A stretch of DNA of 64,000 nucleotides from Methanothrix sp. (lineage in GTDB: Archaea > Halobacteriota > Methanosarcinia > Methanotrichales > Methanotrichaceae): the NCBI GenBank assembly GCA_026394555.1, contig JAPKXZ010000052.1, positions 101,376-165,375 on the forward strand, read 5' to 3'. Numbering within the stretch: position 1 is the stretch's first letter; each line of letters starts with the position of its first letter. Of the stretch, positions 11,339 through 22,254 are shown one piece after another. The notes under the pieces are model-generated. The model made no database searches. It was not told where the DNA came from and saw nothing but the letters and a program-made list of their open reading frames with translations. Both the position numbers and the translations under genes were made by a program.

Positions 11339-12844
11339 CTATTGATCCACTTTAAAATACTCCGTCAGGATCTGACGATCATTTCGGGTAATATCTACAT
11401 AGAATTCGTCAGACGGGAGTTCCAGGTCCCGCGTATCTCCATACAAAGTGCGAGTGTCGATAGAACACCAGATATTGTAGGAAGGCCAATAGCCGCCGCT
11501 TGGATTGGGTGGGATATCAATCGGACCCACTTTGTACCAGCGGCCGTCAGGAGAATACCAATACCAATAGAATGTACAAGGTCCAACATCTGCTAAGCTC
11601 AACCAGGAGTAGACCTTGCTATCGGTACCAAGGAAGAATCTGTCAGTTCTTGTGATCGGACGGCGATTGGACTCGTCAAAGTTGCTTGCCAAGCTATGAT
11701 CAAGAATGCGGGTGCTGATTGTCTTGGCCTCATAACCGTTTTCCAGAGTAAATTGCTCCGTCAATTGCGTTACATAGGTTGAACCAACCAGGTAGACATT
11801 TACATGCCAGTTTCCTGACAGGTAAGGCTCTACTGGTATATCGGCAATATCGATATAATACCAGATGTTGTAAGAGGGCCAATAATCACCGTTGGGATTG
11901 GGAGGGATATCAACGAAACCCGTTTTGTATAGGTTGCCATCTGGAGAATACCAATACCATTCGACTTTACCGGATGCAACATTTGCCAAGCTCAACCAGG
12001 AGTAAGCCTTGCTATCGACGGTAGAGAAATTGTAGGTTCTCGTGATCGGACTATGGGTGGATTCGTCAACTTTGCTTGCCATGCTATGATCAAGAATGTG
12101 GGTGACAGGCGTGCCACTCGGGCCGGAGGTAGTGGGGGTCATAGAGTTCATGCCCTTTGCTGTAGTATAGGCTACGTCCGACTCTTTAGTTAGGCCGAGT
12201 GCCTTTAAAGCATCACCTTTGCCGTTCCAGGCCTGCCTGGTGTCAGCATTGTAAGGATCTAGCCTAATAGCAGCATCGAATGCGTTGATGGCCTCCTCGT
12301 AATTGCCTTGATGGTAGAGCTCAAGGCCTTCATTGATGCTCGTGGTTATGTTGGTGCCGGGTGTAGCAATGGGACGGCCATTCAATGTAATGTTCTTAGG
12401 CCTCCAGGTTGAACCGCCAAATCCCAGCTCTTTTGCCCTGGCATAGGCCACCTCCGACTCATTAGTTCGGCCGAGTGCCTTTAGAGCATCGCTTTTGTAA
12501 GCCCAGGGAATGGCATTATTTGGCCATAGCTGGATGGCTTTATCATATGCCGAAATGGCTTCATCGTACTTGCCCTGGCCATAGAGCGCATCGCCTTTGC
12601 CATTCCAGGCCTGCCAGGTCTGGGTGCTGTTGGGATCTAACCTGATAGCAGCATCGTAAGCGTTGATGGCCTCGTCGTATTTGCCTTGATTGTAGAAATC
12701 AAGGCCAGTGTTGAGGGCCTTGTTGTATTGGGCTGAATGGTCGAGATCAAAGCCGCTGATGGTCCAGGTATTAGCAGTCTGCTGACAATGTGCTGATGTC
12801 ATCAGTACCAGCAGAATAACGAAGACTGCATAGATTCCTTTCAT
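11339..12844 (-). CDS. secreted TPR-repeat protein with duplicated C-terminal beta-rich domain
   Basis: Signal peptide MKGIYAVFVILLVLMTSAHC. There are two TPR blocks (AINAYDAAIRLDP..., AISAYDKAIQLWP...). Each is followed by a roughly 120-aa repeat containing YSWLSLA...WYWYSPDG...DIPPNP.G.YWPSYNIW. Confidence 0.8.
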   Translation of the reverse strand: MKGIYAVFVILLVLMTSAHCQQTANTWTISGFDLDHSAQYNKALNTGLDFYNQGKYDEAINAYDAAIRLDPNSTQTWQAWNGKGDALYGQGKYDEAISAYDKAIQLWPNNAIPWAYKSDALKALGRTNESEVAYARAKELGFGGSTWRPKNITLNGRPIATPGTNITTSINEGLELYHQGNYEEAINAFDAAIRLDPYNADTRQAWNGKGDALKALGLTKESDVAYTTAKGMNSMTPTTSGPSGTPVTHILDHSMASKVDESTHSPITRTYNFSTVDSKAYSWLSLANVASGKVEWYWYSPDGNLYKTGFVDIPPNPNGDYWPSYNIWYYIDIADIPVEPYLSGNWHVNVYLVGSTYVTQLTEQFTLENGYEAKTISTRILDHSLASNFDESNRRPITRTDRFFLGTDSKVYSWLSLADVGPCTFYWYWYSPDGRWYKVGPIDIPPNPSGGYWPSYNIWCSIDTRTLYGDTRDLELPSDEFYVDITRNDRQILTEYFKVDQ

Positions 12845-13135
12845 AGGATCGAAGAAGCGTTTAAAGAAGATAACATTTTTGTTGAGTTCTCTGTTTCATA
12901 GCTTATATATGTAGATTGTTTGCCGCTTCATGCCATTGAATAGGGTGGCGGGCGTTCCGTGGGCTTAACGTATCCGATGATGCTCCGATGAAGGAGATGC
13001 ATGCCTTCGTGGCACTGCATTTGGCTACGAGCCTGTGAGGCTGATACTTTGGCGGGCTGAAAAAGTTGCGCGCTGTAACAGGCGCAGTAATCCGCCGGGG
13101 GATCTCACGCTAATACACGGTCGGGGCATGACGGC

Positions 13136-13220
13136 CTTGATGACTGGCCAGGCCCGCAGCTCCATTCATCTCATTCAGCATAATCGATTTTATGGGCTCG
13201 CGGCTTAGCTCTTCTGCTAA
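13136..13220. repeat. 85-bp direct repeat, copy 1 (partner at 17462-17545)
   Basis: cttgatgactggccaggcccgcagctccattcatctcattcagcataatcgattttatgggctcgcggcttagctcttctgctaa. It aligns with copy 2 with about 8 substitutions and a 1-nt indel, and abuts the stop codon of the S8 gene. Confidence 0.85.
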
Positions 13221-16200
13221 CTCGTAGCAGGCGACAACTTACCTGACCCCTTAACCCACTGAGCAATAGGGGATGAGGAAGGTGCGGGAGTTGGACCTAT
13301 TTCGGATACTCTATCACCGCCCCATTCCAACTCCTGCGACCAAATTTCTCTCATCTTCCGTCCCGTGAAGTGGTTGCCATCCGGCGAGAAGGTTATCTCT
13401 ATATTCCCTTGAGTCCGGTTAGTGTCGCTGTCTATGAAGGTGCCTGTAAAGGTGTTGCCGCTGATAGTTCCGACTATGTCCCTGGCGATCACGTGAGGGG
13501 CCGTGAGAGTTATGGAGCTTCCTGATTGGTTCAGTATATAGAGGAACAACAGCCCACTTCCATCCATCATTTTGACGCCATTAATTATAGTCCAGGTCTG
13601 CCACTTGCCGCTCAAGCCTTCTGAAGGTTCAGCTAGCACAGCTCTGTTGCAGCCGTTGGTATCAAGTCTCTTCACTACTACCGTGGCGCTGCCCTTTGTG
13701 GTCACATCCCAGTTTACAGCGCCCGCCTGGCTGAGGTGTATCTTTCGGTCGCTTCCAATAGCTCCCTCTCCTTGAAGCTCGATGGCCACGTCCGCACCTT
13801 TTTTAGTCTCGACGCTCAGGATCTTTGCCGTTACCTTCCAGTCATTTGGATATGCTGGATCGTTTTTAGCGACAAGACCAATTCGGGCCAATCCCAGAGC
13901 AGAATCTATGTCTGTGAATGGCGTTAAGTTCAGCTTCTTGCGTTGGTCATTTATTACCTTGAAAACTGCCTCATCAATAGCAAGGATGCGGCCGCCCAGT
14001 TTTGGAGGCGCAGGTACCTTCTTGCCATCAATATCAACGCTTGTCCTGGCATTCTGCACCAGTATATCCTTGATCTGGCCAGCCGTCAATTGGGGATTCA
14101 GGGCGCGGATCAGGGCTGCTGCGGAGGTTACCTGGGGCGTGGCCATGCTGGTGCCTCCCAAACTATTCTTTATACCGCCATTATTGTCGAAGCCGCTTAC
14201 TGATTCTTCACCGGGAGCAGCAAGGGTCACCTCGAAGTTATTGCTGGCCATGTTACTGTTTGCGGTGTTGGAGCCATCGTTCCTGATGTTGCCCACCGTG
14301 ATCATGTTGGGCTTTTGAAGGCCTCCCGGAAATGTTTGGGCTCCATCCGGCGATATTCCTTCATTTCCCGCTGAACAAACAAAGAGCACATCAGGATGAT
14401 CCAAGACCATCTTTTCAAAGAACTGTTTGGAGGCTGCCGCAAAATTGGGATCGGCTGCGCGATTGCCCCATGAACAGCTTATGATTGTTGCTCCATCGTT
14501 TATGCTTTTATTGATTGCTAACAAATCGCTAAAGGTATAGGTCTTGCCGTTTGTCCACACAACCTTCGTTGGATCATTTGGATCTGGCCCACTCTTTGGA
14601 TTGTCTCCATAAGGGGGAGCATTGAAATTGATCATGGACGTTTCTAGCTTGTCCCCGAGCGGCTCAGATGCTATGCCGGTTATTCCACCATTATCGGGGT
14701 TTGCGGCAATGATATTCATAACGCTCGTGCCGTGACTACCTGATACAGTATAATCCGCTGTAAGTAACCCATTGTTATCGTATATTTTTCCCAAAGAATT
14801 CTGCAGCTCAGAATTTTGCTCACTTGTATCTATCTTCACCTTGCCATTGAACTCATCATTTCCTTTGTAAAGACCGTCATCTACTACGCCTACATGCACT
14901 TTCGATAGGGAAAGACCCGAGACTCTTATCAGATCCCAAGCCCGCTGGACACCTATCATCTCATAGTCTTTGCCGCGACCACCTTCGGTATAGACTGGAT
15001 CATCCAGGGGAGAGCACTGTATTCCTTGAACAGTTGCATCGAGATAGGATTGTTGGTTGGGGAAGGCCAGCTCCACGTCAGGATCCTGCTTGGCCTTGGC
15101 CACAAAGTCTATCAATTCAGCCTTTGTCGTGCCAGAGGTCTCGATCTGGTAGAGGTTAATGTAGTTAAAGAACCCTACAACCTGGCCTCCCAGGTCGGAT
15201 GCCAAGCGATCGGCATCTGTCCGGCCTTTTCCTTCCTTCAGCATTACTACTACCTGGTTGGCTGGGACCTCGCCCCACTCCGAGGTCTGGATGAGGGATG
15301 CAGAGTTCGGGCTCGCAATCTGGTCGGGTCCAACCTGGTACGAACGGCTCTGACTTCCGCTTGTTTTAGTAAGGCCGGTTTTTGCTCCGGGCTCGATATG
15401 ACCCTCGACTTTGCTAAATCCACAATTGCTTGAGTCCGAGTTCTGAGACCAAGTGGAAGGATCGGAATCCACTATGGTATAAGTTCCGGGGGGCAAAATT
15501 TCTTCAGGATGAGCGATCCAATTGGCTTTGGGCACGCCGCCCTGGCCCGAGCTGGCCTCTACATTCCACGGCCCGTATATTGTGCCATCCTCTTTTTGCA
15601 GGCCGATAGTTCCTGCCTCTGTGGTGCCACTCCCATAATTCCAGTGATAGTTCTCGACGGAGCTGATGTAATAACTCCGGTCAATCGTAAAGCTCGGACT
15701 GCATGATGGAGAGTTTTCAACAGAACCCGCGTTTTCGTTGTTGAAAATCTCAGAGTTTTCGAGTTGCTGGCCATCAAAATCGCCACCTTCGTTGGCAGGC
15801 GTTCCTTTGGGGGATGCTATTTTGCCTTGTGCATCACTCTGTTGTGGTTCTATTTTTTCCAGAGCCGCTCTGGCTTCCTCTCGAACGGTAGCATCATCAT
15901 CATCCAGCGCCTGTTTCAACGGATCTATTGCCAGATTATCGCTGATTTCTCCGAGGGAATAAGCAGCTCTCCATCTGACTTCACTGTCTTTGTCGTTTAG
16001 AGCTTGAATCAATGGGTTTACTGCGTCATGGCTCTTGAGCAGTCCTAGACTAATTGCGGCGTTGGCTCTGACACTAAAATCGTCATCATCAAGTGCTCGG
16101 ATCAATGGTTCCACTGCCTTCGTTTCATTGATCACCCCAAGGCTTCCTGCAGCTGTACTTCTGACAACCGCATCATCATCATCTAGAGCTCGAATCAAGG

Positions 16201-16465
16201 GATCGGTTGCTTTTCTGTCTTTGATCCATCCCAGGGCGCTCGCTGCGCCGGCTCGAACCTCAGAGTCTTCATCGCTTAGCGCCAGAATCAATGGATCTAC
16301 TGATCTTGCATCTTTTAGAACAAATAGAGCCCTTGTAGCATCAACTCTGACTGTAGAGTTTTGGTCTGTGAGATCTATGATGAGGTTATCGACATCATCT
16401 GCAAAAGCTGGAATTGCTAATAATATTATCAGTGAGAGGGCACTTCTGAACGACAGTATTCCCAT
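13217..16465 (-). CDS. secreted subtilisin-like (S8) serine peptidase with N-terminal HEAT/PBS-lyase-type repeats
   Basis: 1082 aa. Signal peptide MGILSFRSALSLIILLAIPAFA. About six HEAT-like repeats (D.EVR..AA.ALG......A..PLI.AL.D.D). Catalytic triad motifs VGVVDDG, HGTSVMNIIAA and GGTSMATPQVTSAAALI. Confidence 0.9.
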   Translation of the reverse strand: MGILSFRSALSLIILLAIPAFADDVDNLIIDLTDQNSTVRVDATRALFVLKDARSVDPLILALSDEDSEVRAGAASALGWIKDRKATDPLIRALDDDDAVVRSTAAGSLGVINETKAVEPLIRALDDDDFSVRANAAISLGLLKSHDAVNPLIQALNDKDSEVRWRAAYSLGEISDNLAIDPLKQALDDDDATVREEARAALEKIEPQQSDAQGKIASPKGTPANEGGDFDGQQLENSEIFNNENAGSVENSPSCSPSFTIDRSYYISSVENYHWNYGSGTTEAGTIGLQKEDGTIYGPWNVEASSGQGGVPKANWIAHPEEILPPGTYTIVDSDPSTWSQNSDSSNCGFSKVEGHIEPGAKTGLTKTSGSQSRSYQVGPDQIASPNSASLIQTSEWGEVPANQVVVMLKEGKGRTDADRLASDLGGQVVGFFNYINLYQIETSGTTKAELIDFVAKAKQDPDVELAFPNQQSYLDATVQGIQCSPLDDPVYTEGGRGKDYEMIGVQRAWDLIRVSGLSLSKVHVGVVDDGLYKGNDEFNGKVKIDTSEQNSELQNSLGKIYDNNGLLTADYTVSGSHGTSVMNIIAANPDNGGITGIASEPLGDKLETSMINFNAPPYGDNPKSGPDPNDPTKVVWTNGKTYTFSDLLAINKSINDGATIISCSWGNRAADPNFAAASKQFFEKMVLDHPDVLFVCSAGNEGISPDGAQTFPGGLQKPNMITVGNIRNDGSNTANSNMASNNFEVTLAAPGEESVSGFDNNGGIKNSLGGTSMATPQVTSAAALIRALNPQLTAGQIKDILVQNARTSVDIDGKKVPAPPKLGGRILAIDEAVFKVINDQRKKLNLTPFTDIDSALGLARIGLVAKNDPAYPNDWKVTAKILSVETKKGADVAIELQGEGAIGSDRKIHLSQAGAVNWDVTTKGSATVVVKRLDTNGCNRAVLAEPSEGLSGKWQTWTIINGVKMMDGSGLLFLYILNQSGSSITLTAPHVIARDIVGTISGNTFTGTFIDSDTNRTQGNIEITFSPDGNHFTGRKMREIWSQELEWGGDRVSEIGPTPAPSSSPIAQWVKGSGKLSPATS

Positions 16466-16526
16466 AATTCTACCTCGATCGAAGTATAATTCGAGCCAAT
16501 ATAAAAATATTCCGATTAGCCATGAT

Positions 16527-17170
16527 TGTGTGTAGTCCCGAAACCTTTGACTTTATATACCCATCAATGTGGCATGAGAAAGAAGAATAAAGTTGTAAAG
16601 CTAACAGAGAGGAATGTGAACCGCAACAAATCGAAGCGCAGAAAACCCTGGATCAGGTTCGAACGCAAGCACAGCCTGTCCATGGTGCATCTGGATTGGC
16701 ATACCAGCATTCACGATGGAAAACAGGCGTACGTCTGCGCGGTCCTTGATGATAGTTCGCGGCGCATTCTCGCGGGCGGGGAGTTCGATGCGGAAACAAC
16801 AGAAAACAGTTTATGGCTCCTCAGAGAAGCTATGGATAAATTTGGCTGCCTGGCAAGTATTGAGCCATGTGTTGACCGATAGAGGGACACAATTCTATGC
16901 CAACAAGCGAGACAAGAACGGCAATGCAGATAGCAGATTTGAAGAGTTTCTTGAGGAGAATAAAATCAAATACATAATACAGTTAGATTTCATGAATCGC
17001 TTGATACAAAATTGTATCTACAGACGCAAGATATCGCATTCTGGTCAAGGCTGCCGGAAGGATGCAAATTGGGAATGTTCCTGAATCGGATGGAGACTGA
17101 ATTAAATGGTTGATAAAGAATGTAATTTACGGGCCGGAGTATATAAAGTCCAAACATTCGGGACTACACA
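16527..17170. mobile_element. decayed, internally deleted IS element with about 32-bp terminal inverted repeats
   Basis: The left end tgtgtagtcccgaaacctttgactttatatac (16527-16560) is the reverse complement of the right end gtatataaagtccaaacattcgggactacaca (17139-17170), apart from a few central mismatches. The interior holds a frameshifted rve-type transposase fragment. Confidence 0.75.
16574..16980 (+). pseudogene. DDE (rve/integrase-core) transposase fragment, frameshifted and truncated
   Basis: Frame 1 reads ...WIRFERKHSLSMVHLDWHTSIHDGKQAYVCAVLDDSSRRILAG...DKFG. Frame 2 continues LTDRGTQFYANKRDKNGNADSRFEEFLEENKIKYI. The N-terminal HTH and the third catalytic E region are missing. Confidence 0.7.
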
Positions 17171-17461
17171 TTCTCTTGATTATTTCTTCTTGGTAGAGAA
17201 AGGTCTTTTCTAACTTGAAGCGAAAGCCTTTTATATCGGCAATTGACGTATAGTGTATTGGCGAAAGTCGATGGCCATTTTCCCTCCTACATCCAATTGA
17301 CTTTCTCCTCCCTCCTTCTTATCCCTCTTTCATGAGATCCTACAGCATCCGGTTTCATTCTCCGCTTTCCAAAAGAAAGACTTATAGCCTGACTCGTCCT
17401 TATTCTCTCCAGAACGCCAGCCATTAGGAGGAGAGATGCGATTTAAGTCGGAGTGATGAGG

Positions 17462-17545
17462 CTTGATGACTGGCCAGGCCTGCAGCTCCATTTATCTCAT
17501 TCAGCGTAATCGATTTTATGGGCTCGCTGCTCAGTTCTTCTGTAA
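17462..17545. repeat. 84-bp direct repeat, copy 2 (partner at 13136-13220)
   Basis: cttgatgactggccaggcctgcagctccatttatctcattcagcgtaatcgattttatgggctcgctgctcagttcttctgtaa. Confidence 0.85.
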
Positions 17546-17551
17546 TAGTTA

Positions 17552-17587
17552 TATGGCATTTTTAAGGTAATTTAGGGAAATGCCATA
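17552..17587. repeat. perfect 10-bp inverted repeat (hairpin) next to repeat copy 2
   Basis: tatggcattt (17552-17561), a 16-nt loop, then aaatgccata (17578-17587). Confidence 0.6.
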
Positions 17588-18176
17588 GAACTTTTCTGAA
17601 AGAAGTGCACTTACACGCACCACATTATACAACCGCTCCAAATCGGACTAAATCCTCTTCTGCCTAACAGCCCATTCCATACTTTATGAACTCACTAATC
17701 AAGTTAACTTGATTGGTCTATTCGTATCGATCCGTTCAGCCCATTGCTAGCGATCATGACGACCCTTTTTTCTATAGCGCAACATCATGATCATGGAGTT
17801 TGAGCCTGAAAGTATGCTTATAATAATATCCTGTGGTTTCATGCATATCGAAAAAAGGAATTATGGATTGCGGGTTACACACACAGCTTGGAGCGGGGAT
17901 CATCCCTTATACAGTCTGCATGGATCTCCCTCCATGTTCGTATATTTGACCACCCCAAAGAAATAGTTTGTGTAGTGAGGTATGCGAGAATCTCATCCCC
18001 CGCATGTAATCGCAGATACGGAATCCACATCATTCGGCCACATCTTGAATAGTACCGTTTAGAGATTACCAGTAACGCTACCCCAATGGTGAACTCCTTC
18101 TCATGAATTATTCCTCGTCCCAAAGATCTTCCAGCTAAGTCGTGTGTTTGAGTTCTCCCATCAAGCAACCTAAGAC

Positions 18177-21100
18177 CTATTCTGGTGTTATTTTCAACCA
18201 CTTGACGAGCATTTCCGCCAGATCTCTGTGTCGTATCGGTTTGGCAATGAAATCGCTCATTCCAGCCCGAATACACCTCTCCCGATCTCCTTGCATTGTG
18301 GAGGCGGTCAAGGCGATGATGGGGATGCGGGGATTGAGTACAGATGCACCATTGCGTATGAAGCGGGTGGCTTCGAAACCATCCATCTCGGGCATTTGGC
18401 AGTCCATCAGCACCAGGTCGTAGGGAATGGTCTGGAGCGCATTGATGGCTTCCTGTCCATTGGCCACCATATCTCCCCGGAGGCCAATCTTTTTCAGCAT
18501 GATCTGTGCTACTTTCTGGTTTATGGGATTGTCCTCTACCACCAGGACGCGGATCTTGCGCATGTCGTTTTCTGAAATGGCAGGCTCGGCGGCGGATCGC
18601 TCAATAGCTCCCTCGACAAGTTTGATACTAGGGCCAGGTACATTTATATCCTCGATTTCGGCAAGCACATCTTCTGCGAATTCAGAACTTGCGAATTGTT
18701 TCTCAAACACTGCAGTAAACCAGAAGGTTGATCCTTTGCCCCTCTCGCTTTCCACGCCGATCCTCCCGCCCATCAATTCAGCCAATTGCTTAGAGATGAC
18801 CAGTCCCAGACCAGTACCACCGTATCGGCGTGTTGTTGAGCAGTCCATCTGAGTGAAAGACGAAAAGAGAATATCCTGCCGGTTTGGCGGGATGCCTATG
18901 CCAGTGTCGCTGATCGAGAAGCGAAGCGTGACAGTTCTTTCATCTTCGCTCCCCAGGATGACGTGGATCACTATCTTGCCCTTCTCCGTAAACTTCACGG
19001 CATTGGTTCCCAGGTTGACTAGGATTTGACGCAGCCTTCCCGGATCGCCACGCAGGAGCGAAGGAACCTCGGGATCTATCTGGCAGATCTGCTCCAGTCC
19101 TTTCTCATGAGCACCGAGGGACAGGAAATCGGTTATCTCCTTCAGAGTAGAGCGCAGGTCGAAGTTCAGCGTTTCCAGCTCCATTTTGTGGGCTTCGATC
19201 TTGGAGAAGTCAAGGATGTCGTTAATGAGAGATAGAAGCATCTCACCGCTGATATGGGCAATTTCAGCATATTCATGCTGCTCCGCGGTCAAATTCATAT
19301 CCTGCAGCAATCCGATTATGCCGATGACGCCGTTCAAGGGGGTACGGATCTCGTGGCTCATATTGGCCAGGAATTCGCTCTTGGCTGCATTGGCCTGTTC
19401 TGCCAATGCAGCCATCTGTTGAGTCTGCATGCTGGTAGTTTCCAGTTGCAGATTGGTGTTTTTCAGCTCTTCCTCGAATCGCTTGTGCCTGGTGATATCG
19501 CGGATGGACTCGATTGCACCCACAATAGAACCACTGCAATCGTACAGAGGAGACGCAATATTCCAGATGAATACATCCTTCTTATCATTTAGCATGGGAA
19601 TGAAGGTCTCTGCAATCAGTTGATCGTCCTTTCTCAAAATAAAGTAATATTTCTCTTCAATCTCCTTCAGCTCCTTAAAGATTAAGTCGATGATGATGGG
19701 TCGGCGTTCTCCATAGAACGGGATAGAATAGGCATAATTGTTCCTACCTATCATCTCCGCTTTCGGCACACCCGTCATATCCTCAATGGCTCGATTCCAT
19801 GCGATAACTTTTCCTTCTAGGTCCACCGCAAATGTGGCATCAGGCAGGAAATCTATGATATCAGCCAGGCGCTGCTCTGACTCGTGTAGTGCTTTCAGAG
19901 CATGCTTATAATCAGTAATATCATGAAAAATCCATATTCGACCGTAATATTCGCCGTCTCTGCTGATCACAGGCGAAGAATAGCGATCCAGGACCATCCC
20001 GTCCACGAATTCGATCTCATCTCGGCTGGTTTCATCTTGATTGCCATAAAGGTAATTCACTTTCTCAAGGAATTTATCAGCATTTTTAGTTTTGCCTGCT
20101 ACGTACTGAAAAAAGGATTGGTTATTTGTCTGAATCCTGATCTCTTGAGGCACATTCCACATGGTTAGAAGCCGTTGATTGGTAAGGATTCGTTGCCCTT
20201 GGCTGTCTACTGCTAGAATTCCATCCAGAGAGGTTTCGACCTGAGCTTCAAGCAGCGCTGTTTTCCCTCGCAGCTCATTCTCGACTCGCTTGCGTTCGGT
20301 GATGTCACGAGCAATAACGCATAGAACCTCTTTCTTCCCATAATGAATTAGGGTAGAACTAGCCTCCACATCAATGATTGAGCCATCTTTACGCCGATAT
20401 TGCCGCGGGCCTATGAAGTAGGTTCCTGATGTCGTGATATGGTCAATATTGCGTTCGATACTTTCTTTATCGTGAGCAATTATATCGTAAAGAGTTAAGC
20501 CGGAGATATCATTCGAGCCATAACCAAGCATTTCTTGAAAGGCGATATTGCCATCAACTATGGATTTGGTGTTCACGTCAACTAGAAAAATTATATCAAA
20601 AGCTTGCCCAACAACAGCACTGTATAACGCCTCACTCTCATGTAGCGCCTCCTCGGCCCTCTTGCTCTCGGTAATGTCGCGAATGGATTCTATTGCCCCC
20701 ATCACGTTGCCGCTGCTATCGTAAAGAGGCGCAGCAATGCCCCAGAGATAAGCACCATTGCCTTTGCGAAGCGAGGGAACAAAGGTCTCTGCCGTCAGTT
20801 GATCTCCCTTTCTTAAAATAAAATCATATTTTTTTTCAATATCCTTTTGGTCCATGAAGATCAGGTCGATGAGAATGGGTCGAGAAGCGCCGTAGAACGG
20901 AACGGCATGGGCAAAACCTTTCTTGCCCATAATCTCATTCTTGGATGTGCCGGTCATCTCTTCGATAGATCGGTTCCAGGCAATGACCTGTCCCTCGCAG
21001 TCAATTGCAAATGTGGCGTCGGGCAAGAAATCAATTATGTGGCCCAGCCGGCTCTCTGATTCCCGAAGCGATTCTTCTGCATTTTTCTGCTCAGTGATTT

Positions 21101-21521
21101 CGCTTGTGGTTCCAACGCAGATAATTCGGCCATCTGGTTGGGAATATGCTGAACCCTGGGAACGGACCCAAAGCATCGTTCCATCAGCCTTTCGCAGACG
21201 ATACTCCACAGTTAAATCTTTTGCAAGGTTTCTTATCCCTCCGAAGAGCAACTCTTGCACATCCGTCAAGTCGTCAGGATGAATATGCGAAAAATATTTG
21301 TCGAAACTGTTTCCGATAGTTCCATCTGGCAAGCCTAGCATCCTGTCTGCAACTGGTGAGATGTAGGAGCCAACATGCTCTCCTTGGGGATCGACTTCAT
21401 AACGCCAGATGATAGTGGATATCATTGAGACTGTTTGCTCGTACCAGGTTTTGCTGTCATCTGCAGCTTGCGTGCGTTCGATGATGTCATTGCCCATGAT
21501 TATCATGGATGAACAGTTCAA
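18177..21521 (-). CDS. multi-PAS hybrid sensor histidine kinase with C-terminal receiver domain
   Basis: 1114 aa with at least five PAS/PAC modules. Two are near-duplicates ([29 protein letters not shown]...). H-box [13 protein letters not shown]. ATPase boxes [16 protein letters not shown] and GGTGLGL. Receiver [11 protein letters not shown]...[13 protein letters not shown]. Confidence 0.92.
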   Translation of the reverse strand: MNCSSMIIMGNDIIERTQAADDSKTWYEQTVSMISTIIWRYEVDPQGEHVGSYISPVADRMLGLPDGTIGNSFDKYFSHIHPDDLTDVQELLFGGIRNLAKDLTVEYRLRKADGTMLWVRSQGSAYSQPDGRIICVGTTSEITEQKNAEESLRESESRLGHIIDFLPDATFAIDCEGQVIAWNRSIEEMTGTSKNEIMGKKGFAHAVPFYGASRPILIDLIFMDQKDIEKKYDFILRKGDQLTAETFVPSLRKGNGAYLWGIAAPLYDSSGNVMGAIESIRDITESKRAEEALHESEALYSAVVGQAFDIIFLVDVNTKSIVDGNIAFQEMLGYGSNDISGLTLYDIIAHDKESIERNIDHITTSGTYFIGPRQYRRKDGSIIDVEASSTLIHYGKKEVLCVIARDITERKRVENELRGKTALLEAQVETSLDGILAVDSQGQRILTNQRLLTMWNVPQEIRIQTNNQSFFQYVAGKTKNADKFLEKVNYLYGNQDETSRDEIEFVDGMVLDRYSSPVISRDGEYYGRIWIFHDITDYKHALKALHESEQRLADIIDFLPDATFAVDLEGKVIAWNRAIEDMTGVPKAEMIGRNNYAYSIPFYGERRPIIIDLIFKELKEIEEKYYFILRKDDQLIAETFIPMLNDKKDVFIWNIASPLYDCSGSIVGAIESIRDITRHKRFEEELKNTNLQLETTSMQTQQMAALAEQANAAKSEFLANMSHEIRTPLNGVIGIIGLLQDMNLTAEQHEYAEIAHISGEMLLSLINDILDFSKIEAHKMELETLNFDLRSTLKEITDFLSLGAHEKGLEQICQIDPEVPSLLRGDPGRLRQILVNLGTNAVKFTEKGKIVIHVILGSEDERTVTLRFSISDTGIGIPPNRQDILFSSFTQMDCSTTRRYGGTGLGLVISKQLAELMGGRIGVESERGKGSTFWFTAVFEKQFASSEFAEDVLAEIEDINVPGPSIKLVEGAIERSAAEPAISENDMRKIRVLVVEDNPINQKVAQIMLKKIGLRGDMVANGQEAINALQTIPYDLVLMDCQMPEMDGFEATRFIRNGASVLNPRIPIIALTASTMQGDRERCIRAGMSDFIAKPIRHRDLAEMLVKWLKITPE

Positions 21522-21860
21522 AATGATACATCTTTCGGAAGATCTGTCAGGACTTCAGTCCTGAGTCAGCATGTTACACGCACTGCCCCCTACTACATAA
21601 AAGAACCGCTTCAATGCCGGATAATAATTTTATAAATATGCTTTCGACCTCGAAAGGTCCCCTTATGTTGCGCTCCGGATTCTACAGCGCCTTTCTGATC
21701 TCACTGATTCTGCTTTTTCGATAACGGGCAATCGTCGATAAATCATTTCATAGTCTGCGGGAATGGGCCATTTGCCATAACCGAATTTGTGACTACCCAG
21801 GTCAAAAGAGAAAATGGGCGGGAAGACTTGCAGGTTATACGCACATATCTTTGAGCCGCT

Positions 21861-22254
21861 TTAGATCCATGCACTCACCGGCCCGAATCCATGCAGATCA
21901 TACGCCTCCTTCACCAGTGCTGGCGCCACTGTGGCGTAGATCTCTGTCGTAGATAGCCTCTTGTGCCCCACCCGGCTATCTGAATCATGGGCACCGGCAC
22001 GCCAGCCATGAGGGCATTAACCACATGGCTGTGCCTGAGGATATGAGGTGTGACCTTCCTCCGGGAGAGCTTTTGCCGGCGCATAACCTCCTGAATCCCG
22101 GCCTCTTCTGCCAGGCGGTCTATAGTCCGGAGCACGGTCTTGGTGCTCAGGTGGCCCGGAGTTTCGGCCTGAGAAGAGCCACACCTGGTCCAGGCCCGCA
22201 GCCAAAGCAACCGTGCACGATTGCAGCCTGTCTTTTTGATGAAAGCCCGTCCCC
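21861..22254 (-). pseudogene. tyrosine recombinase (XerC/D-type integrase) C-terminal remnant with frameshift
   Basis: ...GHLSTKTVLRTIDRLAEEAGIQ...KVTPHILRHSHVVNALMAGVPVPMIQIAGWG. After a 1-nt shift near 21975-21990 it continues HKRLSTTEIYATVAPALVKEAYDLHGFGPVSAWI*. The HxxR, GH and catalytic Y motifs are present but the N-terminal half is absent. Confidence 0.7.

Noticed and set aside
12845-13135. A 290-bp intergenic region with GC-rich stems (…gggtggcgggcgttccgtgggc…cgccggggg…) considered as SRP RNA, RNase P RNA or another structured ncRNA.
   Set aside because: I could not find the conserved SRP (GGAA/AGCAG-type helix 8) or RNase P (GAGGAAAGTCC) motifs. There is no second copy for covariation, so the evidence is insufficient.
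17581-17660. Similarity between 17590-17650 and the histidine-kinase upstream region 21565-21635 (shared ttacacgcac ... aaccgct.caa), possibly a duplicated promoter or leader.
   Set aside because: Only short blocks of 7-10 nt match, with several gaps. This could be chance and would need a statistical alignment.
17875-18276. 133-aa minus-strand ORF overlapping the 3' end of the histidine kinase gene.
   Set aside because: It overlaps the receiver domain coding region in another frame, has no motif and has odd composition. It is likely spurious. The 17171-18176 stretch otherwise appears non-coding.
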